Shown piece after piece: positions 1 through 9,499 of a DNA stretch of 16,466 nt (position 1 is its first letter; each line of letters opens with the position of its first letter). A program made the position numbers and the translations under genes. Source of the DNA: a virus. Taxonomy: Duplodnaviria > Heunggongvirae > Uroviricota > Caudoviricetes. The stretch lies in IMG/VR virus record IMGVR_UViG_3300032038_000024, positions 101,689-118,154 of that record. One strand, given 5' to 3'. Below the pieces are notes generated by a model. The model was not told the origin of the DNA. It made no database searches and was given only the letters and a program-made list of their open reading frames with translations.

Positions 1-1
1 A

Positions 2-502
2 AGTTTGTACTTCATATAATGCTCCCATGACATCAGTTAAGTTATAACCTGTACCTGATCCGAATACATCAGATAAAGTTCCGCCTGCTCCTGATGCTAA
101 TGCTGAGTTATTCAATATCATACGTTCAAGTGAGAAGTCTCCCATTATTCCATAATTGAAACTATCTGTAGTTTTATATACACCAAATACAGATACAATT
201 CTTTGTGGTAATGTTATTGTATTATTAGGACCACATCTACAAAAATCTGAATTTTTTACACAATAATATCTTTCTTCAACAGCAGGATCATAATCTTCCC
301 AGAATTTTTGAGCAGCTTGAAGAATAAGTGGAGGTATTGCAGAGGCTGGTAATGGCATAGGCAATGCACATGATTGAGTTATTTCTTGAATAATTCTTTT
401 AATGAAATTATAATCCATTTGATCTTCAATTTGTGCTTTTTGCTTTAAATATTCTTCCATCCCAACAGTATTCTGCTGATTTGTTTGAACACAATTAGTC
501 AT
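2..502 (-). CDS. Probable neck/head-completion protein, T4 gp13-like (5' part; runs off the window start)
   Basis: Manual translation from ATG at 502: MTNCVQTNQQNTVGMEEYLKQKAQIEDQMDYNFIKRIIQEITQSCALPMPLPASAIPPLILQAAQKFWEDYDPAVEERYYCVKNSDFCRCGPNNNITLPQRIVSVFGVYK...; open to the window edge. The pattern 'I.QA.Q.FWE.YD.AVEE.YY...ITLP..IVSVFGV' resembles gp13-like neck proteins. Absent from the ORF track because it is truncated. The CDS is well supported; the product call is tentative. Confidence 0.55.
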   Translation of the reverse strand, partial: MTNCVQTNQQNTVGMEEYLKQKAQIEDQMDYNFIKRIIQEITQSCALPMPLPASAIPPLILQAAQKFWEDYDPAVEERYYCVKNSDFCRCGPNNTITLPQRIVSVFGVYKTTDSFNYGIMGDFSLERMILNNSALASGAGGTLSDVFGSGTGYNLTDVMGALYEVQT

Positions 503-632
503 ATATCTATTATAATCGTAATATTTTATATATTAAAAATAATTAAAATTTAGTTAAAATACCTTTATAACATTTAAAGGATGTTAACTATATTTAAAGA
601 AACAAAAGGATAAAAATATCTATATATGATAG

Positions 633-3600
633 GTGGGTGACTCAATTTTTAATAATAAATTAGGAAATTATCTAAAGAAACTTAACGACCAATATAATAG
701 TAAAGATAAATCATTAACAGAAATTCTTAAGTCATTTAGTCAAATTAGTAGTGAATATAATGAATTAAATGAAGTTAAGAATCAAATTGAAACACAATAT
801 AGTTCAAACAATTATGCAGAATGTACTGAAGAGGAACAGGAGGATTTCTTTTCAGACCAATTACAATTTATTGAAACACTTGTTGTCAATAGTATCTACG
901 AAAAATCAGGTATAATTTGGAACTGGGGAGATATCTATAACTTAATGAAAGATCCATCTTATAAGGCTGTTGATAAGATTAACCGTAAGGTTGTTTATTC
1001 ATCTTCTTCAAATCAACGTCCTATTGGTGATATGTCTTATAACATTTGGAATGGTCTTCAGATTATAGATATTGATATTAAAGATGCTGAACTTGCAAAG
1101 AATATCAAGCAGTTCTTATTTGAAGACTTAAAGCAATATCATTGGTTTTTAGGTTGTTGTATTTCTGCATCAGGAAAATCTTGTCACGTTTGGACAAAGA
1201 TTACACCTATTTCAATTGATTTAAATAGTCGTCGTATTGAATATATATGTAACTTTAGACATAAATATTCATATGTTTATATTGTATTAATGAAGCATTC
1301 AAAGACTTATGGATATACAAAGGAGGATATCTTTAAGTATATGGATATGGCTATGTGTAAACCACAACAAGGTATATTTATTGCAGCTGATGATAAAGCT
1401 TTACTTAATACAAACTTCAAAGATTTAAGACTTGATGTAAATTTTGAATCTGCTTTTCAAAGTGGTGTAACAAGTATTGATTGGATATCACATCCTGACT
1501 TAAAAGATATATTTCATAAACTTGAATGGTTTAACTTAAATACAAATACAACTGAGGATGTTGAAATAACAAATATCTCAGGTATTAATGATAGAGATGT
1601 ATCAAAAAGTAAAGGACGTCGTCACTATAAACACGCACAACGTTGGCAGCTTGCAAATACATTAACTTCAATTTATGGAGAGCAAAAAGCATTGGAAATA
1701 ATGATTGAAATTTGTGATGGTACATCAAGACGAGAATTAGCAGGAGACGTTCGTACTGCGGCAATTCATGATAAACCAATTTCTATTTGGGCTGTTAAAG
1801 AATTGAATAAAAATCATGGATTTAAATTAACTGTTAAAGCAGATAATACATTTACTGAAGAACAAAAGACTGAGGAAGAAATAAAGGATGCAACAGTTGC
1901 AGGTTTGGATCCAACAAAGATATTAAATGAATCTTCAACATCAGTAATATTACATATGAAGAATAATCAATATCTTTCTGACTTAAAAGATGAAATCATT
2001 GCAAACTTATCACATATAACATTGCTTGAAGCAGGTGCAGGTTATGGTAAAACTGAAATGATTAAAAGTCTTAAAGCAAAGACATTATTGATTCTTCCGT
2101 TTACTTCAACTATTAAAGCAAAGGTTGAAGCTGATGAAAAGACTTCTGATTGGTTATATTTTTATGGTAATAAAAGACCAACACTTGATGATATATTAGG
2201 TGATAGAAATATGTCAATGACTATTGACAAATTCTCTCGTCTTAATGTATTTGAACTTGACCAAGCAGGATTTGAATATATTGTAATTGATGAGTCACAC
2301 TTATTATTTACAAGTTCATATCGTGATGTTATGTCACCAACAATTCAGCGTCTTGCAAATTGTAAGGCAAAGATAATTATGATGACAGGAACACCAACAG
2401 GAGAAATGTTGTTCTTTCCAAATATTAAACATATTAAAGTAATCAAAGAGGATTATAGAGTAAAGGATTTTGAAATACACATGGTTCCAACAAATATTGA
2501 GAAACTTGTTGATATGTGTGATGCTATGGCTCAAGATATAATTGATGGAAAGAAAATATTGTTTCCAACAAATAAAGGTAATTTGTATTTTGAACAAGTA
2601 ACAGGATTAATACAGAATTATCTTATGAAGAAAAACTGTACAAAAGAGCTTAAAGCATTTTATTATAAGAAGTCTAATTATGGAGAAGAGACAATGGAAA
2701 CTATTAACATTGATAAATCAATTGGACTTAACGATATAATATTCTGTACAAACTATTTGTCAGTGGGTGTTGATATTTGTGATAGATATAAGTTTAGTGT
2801 TTATTTCAATGAAACGTGGATAGCACAAGATATTGAACAGTTTGCAAATCGTCTTCGTAATAATGATTTGTATATTAAATTGTTTTTGGAGAAAGAGGAT
2901 TCTACAGGAACACCAATTAATTATAAGTATATCAGTCCTTTAGATTTAAGTTTCAGTGAAAAGGATTTGTTGTTTGCACGAGACTTAATACAGACTTGTA
3001 ATGATATGCTTGAACGTAATAATGAGGAATCAAAATATAATCCTCTTATTCAATCATTATTGTCATCAAATAGATATCTTAAATATGATGAAAATGATTG
3101 TCGTTATTATATTGATGAAACAACATATAAACTTAAAGTATTCGAAGAAAGATATACTGAATATTCAAAGCAATTAAAGGTATTAGAAACAGGAATGCAA
3201 TATTATGGATATACAGTTAATCTTATCGAATCTAATAAGAGAGTTGATGAAGATATAAGTAATGATACTGAAAACTTCTTGCGTCAATGTCGTAATTATA
3301 GATACAATTATAATACAGCAGAGACATTTAATTTCTTGAATCATCTTGATGATGGAAATATTGATATTTATAAGGAGTTGTTAAAAGGTTCATATAGTAT
3401 ATTCAAAGATGATGAATATAAAATTGAAAGAGAAGAAAACAATTTATATGCAAAAGATATTGAAATATTGGAAAAGAATATACCTATTGTTATTGGTCTT
3501 TATAAGTTTTATGATTGTGATACTATTAAAGATATCTTTGAGTATTGTGTAGAGAAAAAACAAAATAGAATTAATTACACAAAACTTAATCGTATAAGAA

Positions 3601-4268
3601 AGTTCGTTCAAATAGAATCTAATCGTAAAAGAAAAAGATTGGATTTTCCTGTATTGAAATTTGTAAAACAATCACAAGACTGGGCACGTGCTCATAGTAA
3701 GACAACACAAGAAGAGATAAATAAGTATCTTGCTGATTATGCAGTGGGATATGCAAATTCAATTAAGAATGTAGTTGTTGAAGATAAAGAATATCTTGAG
3801 ACTATATTTGAATTGACAAAAGACTTATGGAAAATAATTGTGTTACAAGGAAGATCTAATAAAGGTGAATTTGGTATTATTCCATTTGAATTGCTATGGG
3901 AGAAGAAAACTGATTTAACAGATGTGTATGGTGGTTCTGAATTAACAAAGACATTCTTTATTGAAGAATTAGTTGATGAAATGAAAGATGACTTTGATGA
4001 AGATGAAGATGAAATTAATAAGCCATTTGAATTAACTGAAAAGAAGAGAATTGCTGATATAACAAATGAATTACCAAATGTTATTCATAGACCTTATGGA
4101 TATTATGAATATTCAGAGATGGATAATTCTAATAATAGATTTATGAGAAAGCAAGAAAATACAAATACATTGAGAGATGATATATTTACTCAAGATAATG
4201 TAGAAAAGACTGATAAGAAAAATAAGAAAGATGATATGAAAGATCTCTTTGAATCTATTGAAGAATAA
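633..4268 (+). CDS. Primase-helicase fusion: VirE_N/AEP-like N-terminal domain plus SF2 DExH helicase (origin-binding-protein-like)
   Basis: 1211-aa ORF with GTG start. N-terminal 'GLQIIDIDIKD' (DxD) and 'SASGKSCHVW' resemble VirE_N/BT4734-like primase motifs. SF2 motifs: Walker A 'AGAGYGKT', motif II 'IVIDESH', motif III 'MTGTP', motif V 'TNYLSVGVDI', motif VI 'QFANRLR'. Acidic C-terminal region. Confidence 0.75.
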   Translation: MGDSIFNNKLGNYLKKLNDQYNSKDKSLTEILKSFSQISSEYNELNEVKNQIETQYSSNNYAECTEEEQEDFFSDQLQFIETLVVNSIYEKSGIIWNWGDIYNLMKDPSYKAVDKINRKVVYSSSSNQRPIGDMSYNIWNGLQIIDIDIKDAELAKNIKQFLFEDLKQYHWFLGCCISASGKSCHVWTKITPISIDLNSRRIEYICNFRHKYSYVYIVLMKHSKTYGYTKEDIFKYMDMAMCKPQQGIFIAADDKALLNTNFKDLRLDVNFESAFQSGVTSIDWISHPDLKDIFHKLEWFNLNTNTTEDVEITNISGINDRDVSKSKGRRHYKHAQRWQLANTLTSIYGEQKALEIMIEICDGTSRRELAGDVRTAAIHDKPISIWAVKELNKNHGFKLTVKADNTFTEEQKTEEEIKDATVAGLDPTKILNESSTSVILHMKNNQYLSDLKDEIIANLSHITLLEAGAGYGKTEMIKSLKAKTLLILPFTSTIKAKVEADEKTSDWLYFYGNKRPTLDDILGDRNMSMTIDKFSRLNVFELDQAGFEYIVIDESHLLFTSSYRDVMSPTIQRLANCKAKIIMMTGTPTGEMLFFPNIKHIKVIKEDYRVKDFEIHMVPTNIEKLVDMCDAMAQDIIDGKKILFPTNKGNLYFEQVTGLIQNYLMKKNCTKELKAFYYKKSNYGEETMETINIDKSIGLNDIIFCTNYLSVGVDICDRYKFSVYFNETWIAQDIEQFANRLRNNDLYIKLFLEKEDSTGTPINYKYISPLDLSFSEKDLLFARDLIQTCNDMLERNNEESKYNPLIQSLLSSNRYLKYDENDCRYYIDETTYKLKVFEERYTEYSKQLKVLETGMQYYGYTVNLIESNKRVDEDISNDTENFLRQCRNYRYNYNTAETFNFLNHLDDGNIDIYKELLKGSYSIFKDDEYKIEREENNLYAKDIEILEKNIPIVIGLYKFYDCDTIKDIFEYCVEKKQNRINYTKLNRIRKFVQIESNRKRKRLDFPVLKFVKQSQDWARAHSKTTQEEINKYLADYAVGYANSIKNVVVEDKEYLETIFELTKDLWKIIVLQGRSNKGEFGIIPFELLWEKKTDLTDVYGGSELTKTFFIEELVDEMKDDFDEDEDEINKPFELTEKKRIADITNELPNVIHRPYGYYEYSEMDNSNNRFMRKQENTNTLRDDIFTQDNVEKTDKKNKKDDMKDLFESIEE

Positions 4269-4286
4269 ATACTATTTTATTAATAT

Positions 4287-4919
4287 ATGTTAAATGATGC
4301 CGATGATGATTATCTTACAAGTATGGCAATTGGTTTATTTGTAAGTAATCGTATAAGTAAAAAGATTAGAAATATGGAAAACAAAGGTGGAGTATTGAAC
4401 GGTGAGTTCATTAAGAAACATTTAGAAAGAGAAACAGAACTTGAAGATAAAATATTTGAACTAGAAGAACGAATAAAAAATATATCATCTAAAACATTTG
4501 GAGATGATACAAATCCTGAGGCGTATTATTCAAAAGATTCTGTATATTATACAATATTACAAGGAATGATTCCTTATATGTCAATATCATTGTCACATGA
4601 AGATGAGGTAATTAAAGTTAATGTTGATGATTGTCCTATTAATGGTCATCTTGCAAAATATTTAGAATCATTAAGAAGAGAATATTCAGAACAAATTGAA
4701 AAAACACCATGGGGTATGCCAGTATTCAATACAAGTAAAAGTCCATTTATATTAAAAGTAGATTATGGGAATGAAGCAAACAGCAAAGTAACTGCAGCAC
4801 CACAAGTTAATGCAGGATTATCTGATACTGTTGATATTGCTTCAGTAATGCCCGAATATGAAACAAAATATGGGTTAGGTGGTAAAGCATATAAAAATTT
4901 TAATTGGAAATTTCATTAA
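4287..4919 (+). CDS. Hypothetical protein with coiled-coil segment (paralog of next gene)
   Basis: 210-aa ORF; ATG follows an AT-rich tract; contains 'EFIKKHLERETELEDKIFELEERIK'. Confidence 0.8.
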   Translation: MLNDADDDYLTSMAIGLFVSNRISKKIRNMENKGGVLNGEFIKKHLERETELEDKIFELEERIKNISSKTFGDDTNPEAYYSKDSVYYTILQGMIPYMSISLSHEDEVIKVNVDDCPINGHLAKYLESLRREYSEQIEKTPWGMPVFNTSKSPFILKVDYGNEANSKVTAAPQVNAGLSDTVDIASVMPEYETKYGLGGKAYKNFNWKFH

Positions 4920-5221
4920 TGCATGAAAGAATTGGTCAAAACGGATTAGCATCAGAATTTATAAAGAATCAAATAAAAAAGAATACTGAACTTGAAAATC
5001 AGATATTAGAACTTCAAGAAACAATATCTTTATTGAAAAGAGAACCAGATAATGATTATGCATTATATCGGAGTATATTAGATATGATTATTCCTAATCT
5101 TAAATTTGAATATACTCAAGATGGTTATATAATAAAGATAGATCCACCATTAGTAATGCCGCTTGAACATATAAATGAATTAACTAAAGAAGTACAAAAA
5201 TATAAAGACAATATAAAATGA
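4919..5221 (+). CDS. Hypothetical protein, shorter paralog of 4287..4919
   Basis: The track starts at TTG 4904. ATG 4919 overlaps the upstream stop (TAATG) and is the likelier start. Contains 'EFIKNQIKKNTELENQILELQETIS'. Confidence 0.75.
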   Translation: MHERIGQNGLASEFIKNQIKKNTELENQILELQETISLLKREPDNDYALYRSILDMIIPNLKFEYTQDGYIIKIDPPLVMPLEHINELTKEVQKYKDNIK

Positions 5222-5922
5222 TATTTATTTTTCGTCAATATGATTCACAAGTAAGAATAATTATATATGCAGAATCATATTTAGAAGCAAAAGAAACATT
5301 GTTTGAATTAAATCCTTGGGCTGACAAAGTATACAACATTCTTGAATATAAAATGTATAGTGTTGATGATGTAATATATCACGATACATTAGGAATTGAA
5401 TATGATATGGGAGGATATCCTCGTATTATTTCAGAAGATGAATTTAAGGAATTAGAAAAGAATAAAGCAATTCTTGATGAGCAATTTAAGAATATTCATA
5501 ATACAAAAGTATTGACAAAAAAGTTTGCTGGAGAAAATACTAATTTATTATCAACTGAAGAATTTGTTGGTCAATTAAAAAATCATGCAGAATCAGTTGG
5601 TAAAATTAAAAATAGTATTTATCAAATGATGCGAGTTGTAGGAGATATTTGGGTTAAAGAATTTAAATCAAAATATTTAAATAATAGCCCACGTTATAGA
5701 GTATATGGTAAAAGCCGTTATCAATGTGAAAAATATCTTAATGAATTAAATGAAAAATTAAATACAGATTTTTCTACAAGATTTGATACAGTATTATTAA
5801 TAAAGAATTTTAATGATTTTACTGAAGAGGATGTATCAAATTACAAAATGATGATTAATTATATGAAAGAAAACAATATCAATAAATTTCCATTTAGTAC
5901 ATATAAAGAAGAGGAACAATAA
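5218..5922 (+). CDS. Hypothetical protein
   Basis: 234-aa ORF with ATGA overlap with the upstream stop; no recognisable motif. Confidence 0.75.
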   Translation: MIFIFRQYDSQVRIIIYAESYLEAKETLFELNPWADKVYNILEYKMYSVDDVIYHDTLGIEYDMGGYPRIISEDEFKELEKNKAILDEQFKNIHNTKVLTKKFAGENTNLLSTEEFVGQLKNHAESVGKIKNSIYQMMRVVGDIWVKEFKSKYLNNSPRYRVYGKSRYQCEKYLNELNEKLNTDFSTRFDTVLLIKNFNDFTEEDVSNYKMMINYMKENNINKFPFSTYKEEEQ

Positions 5923-5930
5923 GTTCCTCT

Positions 5931-6302
5931 TTATTTTATATTTGTTCTTTCAAATGCAACTTCTATTCCATTCTTAATATCTAATTTAGCATTTCTTCTT
6001 GACTGTTTATTCAATCGATGCCTATCATATTTATTCCAATATCCATGATCCCATAATGTACTTGTATTTTTATATAAATGCAGCCAATTAGATCTTTCTT
6101 TCGCTTCTTTCCATGATTCAGCTTTATGCCAATGTGTATCTCCTATTGTTTGTGTTCCTGCATATCTTTTATCATTTGGATATGCTTCATCTTCGGATAC
6201 TTTAATATTTTTACCCCACCCAATTTGATAGAATAATTTAACTCTTGAATTGTACTTATTAATTGTACGTCTACGTCTTTCAGCTCTATTCATAATATAC
6301 AA
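5931..6302 (-). CDS. Hypothetical basic protein
   Basis: 123-aa Arg/Lys/Trp-rich ORF converging on 5218..5922; partial copy of the promoter core (TACTATATTAT) upstream at 6316..6326. Confidence 0.75.
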   Translation of the reverse strand: MYIMNRAERRRRTINKYNSRVKLFYQIGWGKNIKVSEDEAYPNDKRYAGTQTIGDTHWHKAESWKEAKERSNWLHLYKNTSTLWDHGYWNKYDRHRLNKQSRRNAKLDIKNGIEVAFERTNIK

Positions 6303-6328
6303 ATTAAATTATATTATAATATAGTAAA

Positions 6329-6352
6329 GAGGAGATTAAATTTAACCTCCTC
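6329..6352 (-). terminator. Probable intrinsic terminator for 6376..6999
   Basis: On the - strand GAGGAGGTTAAA/TTTAATCTCCTC is near-perfectly self-complementary (one G-U pair) and is followed by TTT, 23 nt after the stop codon. Confidence 0.6.
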
Positions 6353-6375
6353 AATTAAGTATTAGATTTTATTGG

Positions 6376-6999
6376 TTAATCTCCCCAATAGGTGCAACCC
6401 TTATAAAAATTGCGGACAGACTCAGTCAAATCCTCAGCATCCTTTTTCATCTTAGCCTCAGTTTCAGCATCGACAATAAGCTCAATATGTGGGCGGAAGC
6501 AAACCTGATGTGAATTATTTGAAGCTTCATAAGTGAGTTTCCAACCCATAGCCTTCTTGAAATATTTGTTATTCTTAACGGCCTCAAAGCAACGTCCAAG
6601 CTTAGTAGGAGTCAATTCCTTGTATGAAATACAACAGTCGCCTGAGATACCCATTTCTCCAGGATTTACATCAAAATCAAAGAACGAGAGGTCATAATAG
6701 AAATCACTCATTTTGTATTCCTTGCGAGCCTTTGCAACCTCAGACTCAATATAAGCAGTACGCTTCTTCTCAGTCTTCCATTTCTTTTCAGCAAAATTGA
6801 TGGCGCGCTTGCGAGCCCATTCCATGTGGCTAAAGAAATTTCTTACCTTAGAGGCCTCCCACTCAGGAATATAGAGGTCATTGTATTTCTCCTCAGCCTC
6901 AAGAAAATCAGAGAACATTGCGCGGATAAACTCCTCAGCAGTAATGGTTGAACAGTTGATGTTACGGGAAGTAAGAATAATAGTGCGATAATCGTTCAT
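6376..6999 (-). CDS. Hypothetical protein, probably highly expressed early gene
   Basis: 207-aa ORF, much higher GC than its flanks (28/60 G+C at 6721-6780), many GAG/AAG/C-ending codons, with its own promoter motif and terminator. Confidence 0.8.
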   Translation of the reverse strand: MNDYRTIILTSRNINCSTITAEEFIRAMFSDFLEAEEKYNDLYIPEWEASKVRNFFSHMEWARKRAINFAEKKWKTEKKRTAYIESEVAKARKEYKMSDFYYDLSFFDFDVNPGEMGISGDCCISYKELTPTKLGRCFEAVKNNKYFKKAMGWKLTYEASNNSHQVCFRPHIELIVDAETEAKMKKDAEDLTESVRNFYKGCTYWGD

Positions 7000-7029
7000 A
7001 TTTCTTAAATTTTTATTGTTACTAATTAA

Positions 7030-7068
7030 TTACAAATATAATATAGTATTTTTTATATATTATTCAAA
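7030..7068 (-). promoter_or_regulatory. Promoter motif TTTGAAT-N13-TACTATATTATATTTGTAA (copy 1)
   Basis: Same arms and same 13-nt spacer as the copy at 12963..13001; ends 30 nt upstream of ATG 6999; contains TATATTTG, matching the Bacteroidota -7 consensus TAnnTTTG. Confidence 0.7.
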
Positions 7069-7151
7069 TTTTATAAGAAATTTTTTATATTATATTTAAT
7101 GAATTAATTAATATTTTTTTACTATTTTTATTTAATTATATAGAGGCTATA

Positions 7152-7790
7152 ATGAAAACAATATTGATAATTTCTCCTCATGGTGATGATGAATTGCTTG
7201 GCATGGGTGGATATATTATAAATGAAATACAAAAAGGTAATAAAGTTCATGTAATATTTGGCACTGATGGATATCCAGAAAAAAGAAATAGTGAAATAAG
7301 AGCAACAGAAATTAAAGAGGTTGCTGAATTTATTGGGTTTACATATGAAATTCTTTATCATAATATGGATTGCCTTTTATATACTATTGATAAACGAGAA
7401 ATAACCAGAAAAATTGATAAACGAATTGAAGAATTAAAACCTGATGAATTTTATTGTTGTTATCCATCTCATCATCAGGATCATGAAACAATGTATGAAT
7501 GTGCACGTGTTTGTATGAGACTTAAGGAAGGATGGATTCCAAAGATATATGGACTTTATGAATATATATTTGTAGATCCATTATCATTACCACAAGGTGG
7601 GCTTATGTATATTGATATAAGTTATGCAATTGATAAAAAATTAGAAGCATTTAAGTTATATAAATCACAAAATAAAAAATCTCCGTCTCCACTTAATATA
7701 GATAATATTAAAACATTTGCAGCAATGCGTGGATTACAATGTGGTAAACAATATGCTGAACTGATATACATACAAAAAATAATAAGTTAA
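7152..7790 (+). CDS. PIG-L/LmbE family N-acetyl-sugar de-N-acetylase
   Basis: Metal-binding 'SPHGDDELLGMGG' (HxDD) and 'HHQDH' (HxDH), plus the C-terminal 'YIDIS.AIDKKLEAFKLYKSQ...RGLQCG.QYAE' typical of the family. Confidence 0.9.
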   Translation: MKTILIISPHGDDELLGMGGYIINEIQKGNKVHVIFGTDGYPEKRNSEIRATEIKEVAEFIGFTYEILYHNMDCLLYTIDKREITRKIDKRIEELKPDEFYCCYPSHHQDHETMYECARVCMRLKEGWIPKIYGLYEYIFVDPLSLPQGGLMYIDISYAIDKKLEAFKLYKSQNKKSPSPLNIDNIKTFAAMRGLQCGKQYAELIYIQKIIS

Positions 7791-7793
7791 TAA

Positions 7794-8615
7794 ATGAATA
7801 TTTGTATATGTCAATTAATAAAAGATGAACAAAGATATATTGAAGAATGGATAGATTATTATCTTAATTTTGGTATATCAAAGTTTATATTATTTGAAGA
7901 TTTGAATAGTACATCTCATAATGACGTATTATCAAAATATGGAGATAAGGTTATTCTTCATAAATATAATGACATTGTAACTAAAGATGATGAAAAATAT
8001 TTTGTTGACATACGGCAAGAAGTAATTTGGGCTGTATTTTATAGAATATATAAAGATAAATTTGATACATGTTTGTTTATAGATCCTGACGAATATTTAA
8101 ATTGTTCACCAAAAAATTTTTTAGAAGAAGTAGAATATTTCAAAAATGATCCAAATGTACATTCAATTTATTATAGATGGTTAACACGAACAGCATCAGG
8201 TCATATTAAAGATCCATATCCTAATAAAACATATTCTGTCGTTAAAACATATACAAATGTTTTGTACGGATATAATATGATAAATAAATTAAGTGAATAT
8301 AATAATAAAGATTATAATTTTCAACGTAAGCATTTAGTTTACTTGAATAAGTTAAAAACAGTAAATGATTTTCAAGCTCCACATGGCGATAATAATTATC
8401 ATTATGAACAAGAATCATTATTCAAGTTAAATCATTATTTAACAAAATCTTGGGAAGAATATAAATGGCGTTTACTTATAAAAGGTGAACAAGTTAAAAA
8501 ATGGGGTCGAAGATTAGAAGATTTCTTTGTAATAAATCAAGATTTATTACCATATAAAGAAGAATTAATAAATGAATGTAAAGAACTAAATTATAAATAT
8601 AATGATGAGATTTAA
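7794..8615 (+). CDS. Glycosyltransferase, GT2-like/GT92-like (GT-A fold)
   Basis: 'IKDEQRYIEEWIDYYLNFGISKFILFED', DxD motif 'FIDPDEYL', C-terminal 'LNHYLTKSWEEY' as in Glyco_tranf_2_4/GT92-type proteins. Confidence 0.85.
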   Translation: MNICICQLIKDEQRYIEEWIDYYLNFGISKFILFEDLNSTSHNDVLSKYGDKVILHKYNDIVTKDDEKYFVDIRQEVIWAVFYRIYKDKFDTCLFIDPDEYLNCSPKNFLEEVEYFKNDPNVHSIYYRWLTRTASGHIKDPYPNKTYSVVKTYTNVLYGYNMINKLSEYNNKDYNFQRKHLVYLNKLKTVNDFQAPHGDNNYHYEQESLFKLNHYLTKSWEEYKWRLLIKGEQVKKWGRRLEDFFVINQDLLPYKEELINECKELNYKYNDEI

Positions 8616-9499
8616 TGATAACATGCTTAGTATTTGGTAATGGATATATATGTAAATCATTTATTGACCAATATCATGATAATATAAAGTTCATTATCAT
8701 AGATCATTCATTATACGATGTATTAAATCCAAATTATGAATTAATTGAATATTATATCAAATTAAATTCAAATAACAAAATAGATGTATTAATTGATAGT
8801 ATATGTCCAATATTACCAACATCTGAATATTGTAATAATAATATTAACTTATTATCAAAAACAATTCATCATATTTATTATATAAATACTTTATTGGTAA
8901 AATTAGGAATTAAACATATTATTTATTTATCATCAGCAGGTATAATATATGATAAACAAAATTATAATGAATCATTATCATATAATCATATAAATACATT
9001 ATATGGATTATTGAAAATTCAAAGTGAATGCACATATAAATATTTTAGCGACATAAATAAAGATATTAATTATAAAATATTAAGAATATCAAATGTATAT
9101 GGAAACATAAAATATCATTCATCAAATAGTAATGGGATTATTAATATATTGATTAAAAATTATTTAGCACATAAACAAACTGATATAACATTAAACAATA
9201 GTATTAAAAACTATATTTATATAAAAGATTTATGTGAAATCATGTATAAAATATTGTTATTTAATTTTGATAATAAGTTTGAAATAATTAATATAGGCAG
9301 TATATATGATTATTCAATAGAGGATATTATAAGTATATTGCAAAACAAATATATATTGGATATTAATTATAATAAGAATAATATTTATAATGATAATCAA
9401 TATCATATAGATATTAATAAAATTAAAAATATTTTTACAGATATAAAATTTCATTCGCTTGAAGATATTATACAAAATACAAATATAAATAATATATAA
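8615..9499 (+). CDS. NAD-dependent NDP-sugar epimerase/dehydratase (extended SDR)
   Basis: Degenerate Rossmann start 'VFGNGYICKSF', 'IIYLSSAG', catalytic YxxxK 'YGLLK', 'LRISNVYG', 'YIYIKDL', 'INIGS'. TAATG overlap with the upstream gene. Confidence 0.85.
   Translation: MITCLVFGNGYICKSFIDQYHDNIKFIIIDHSLYDVLNPNYELIEYYIKLNSNNKIDVLIDSICPILPTSEYCNNNINLLSKTIHHIYYINTLLVKLGIKHIIYLSSAGIIYDKQNYNESLSYNHINTLYGLLKIQSECTYKYFSDINKDINYKILRISNVYGNIKYHSSNSNGIINILIKNYLAHKQTDITLNNSIKNYIYIKDLCEIMYKILLFNFDNKFEIINIGSIYDYSIEDIISILQNKYILDINYNKNNIYNDNQYHIDINKIKNIFTDIKFHSLEDIIQNTNINNI

Noticed and set aside
1585-3671. Track ORFs 1585..1779, 2334..2597 and 3444..3671 (- strand)
   Set aside because: They lie antisense inside the primase-helicase gene with hydrophobic, shadow-like composition and no motifs.
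7128-7361. Track ORF 7128..7361 (- strand)
   Set aside because: Antisense shadow of the PIG-L gene.
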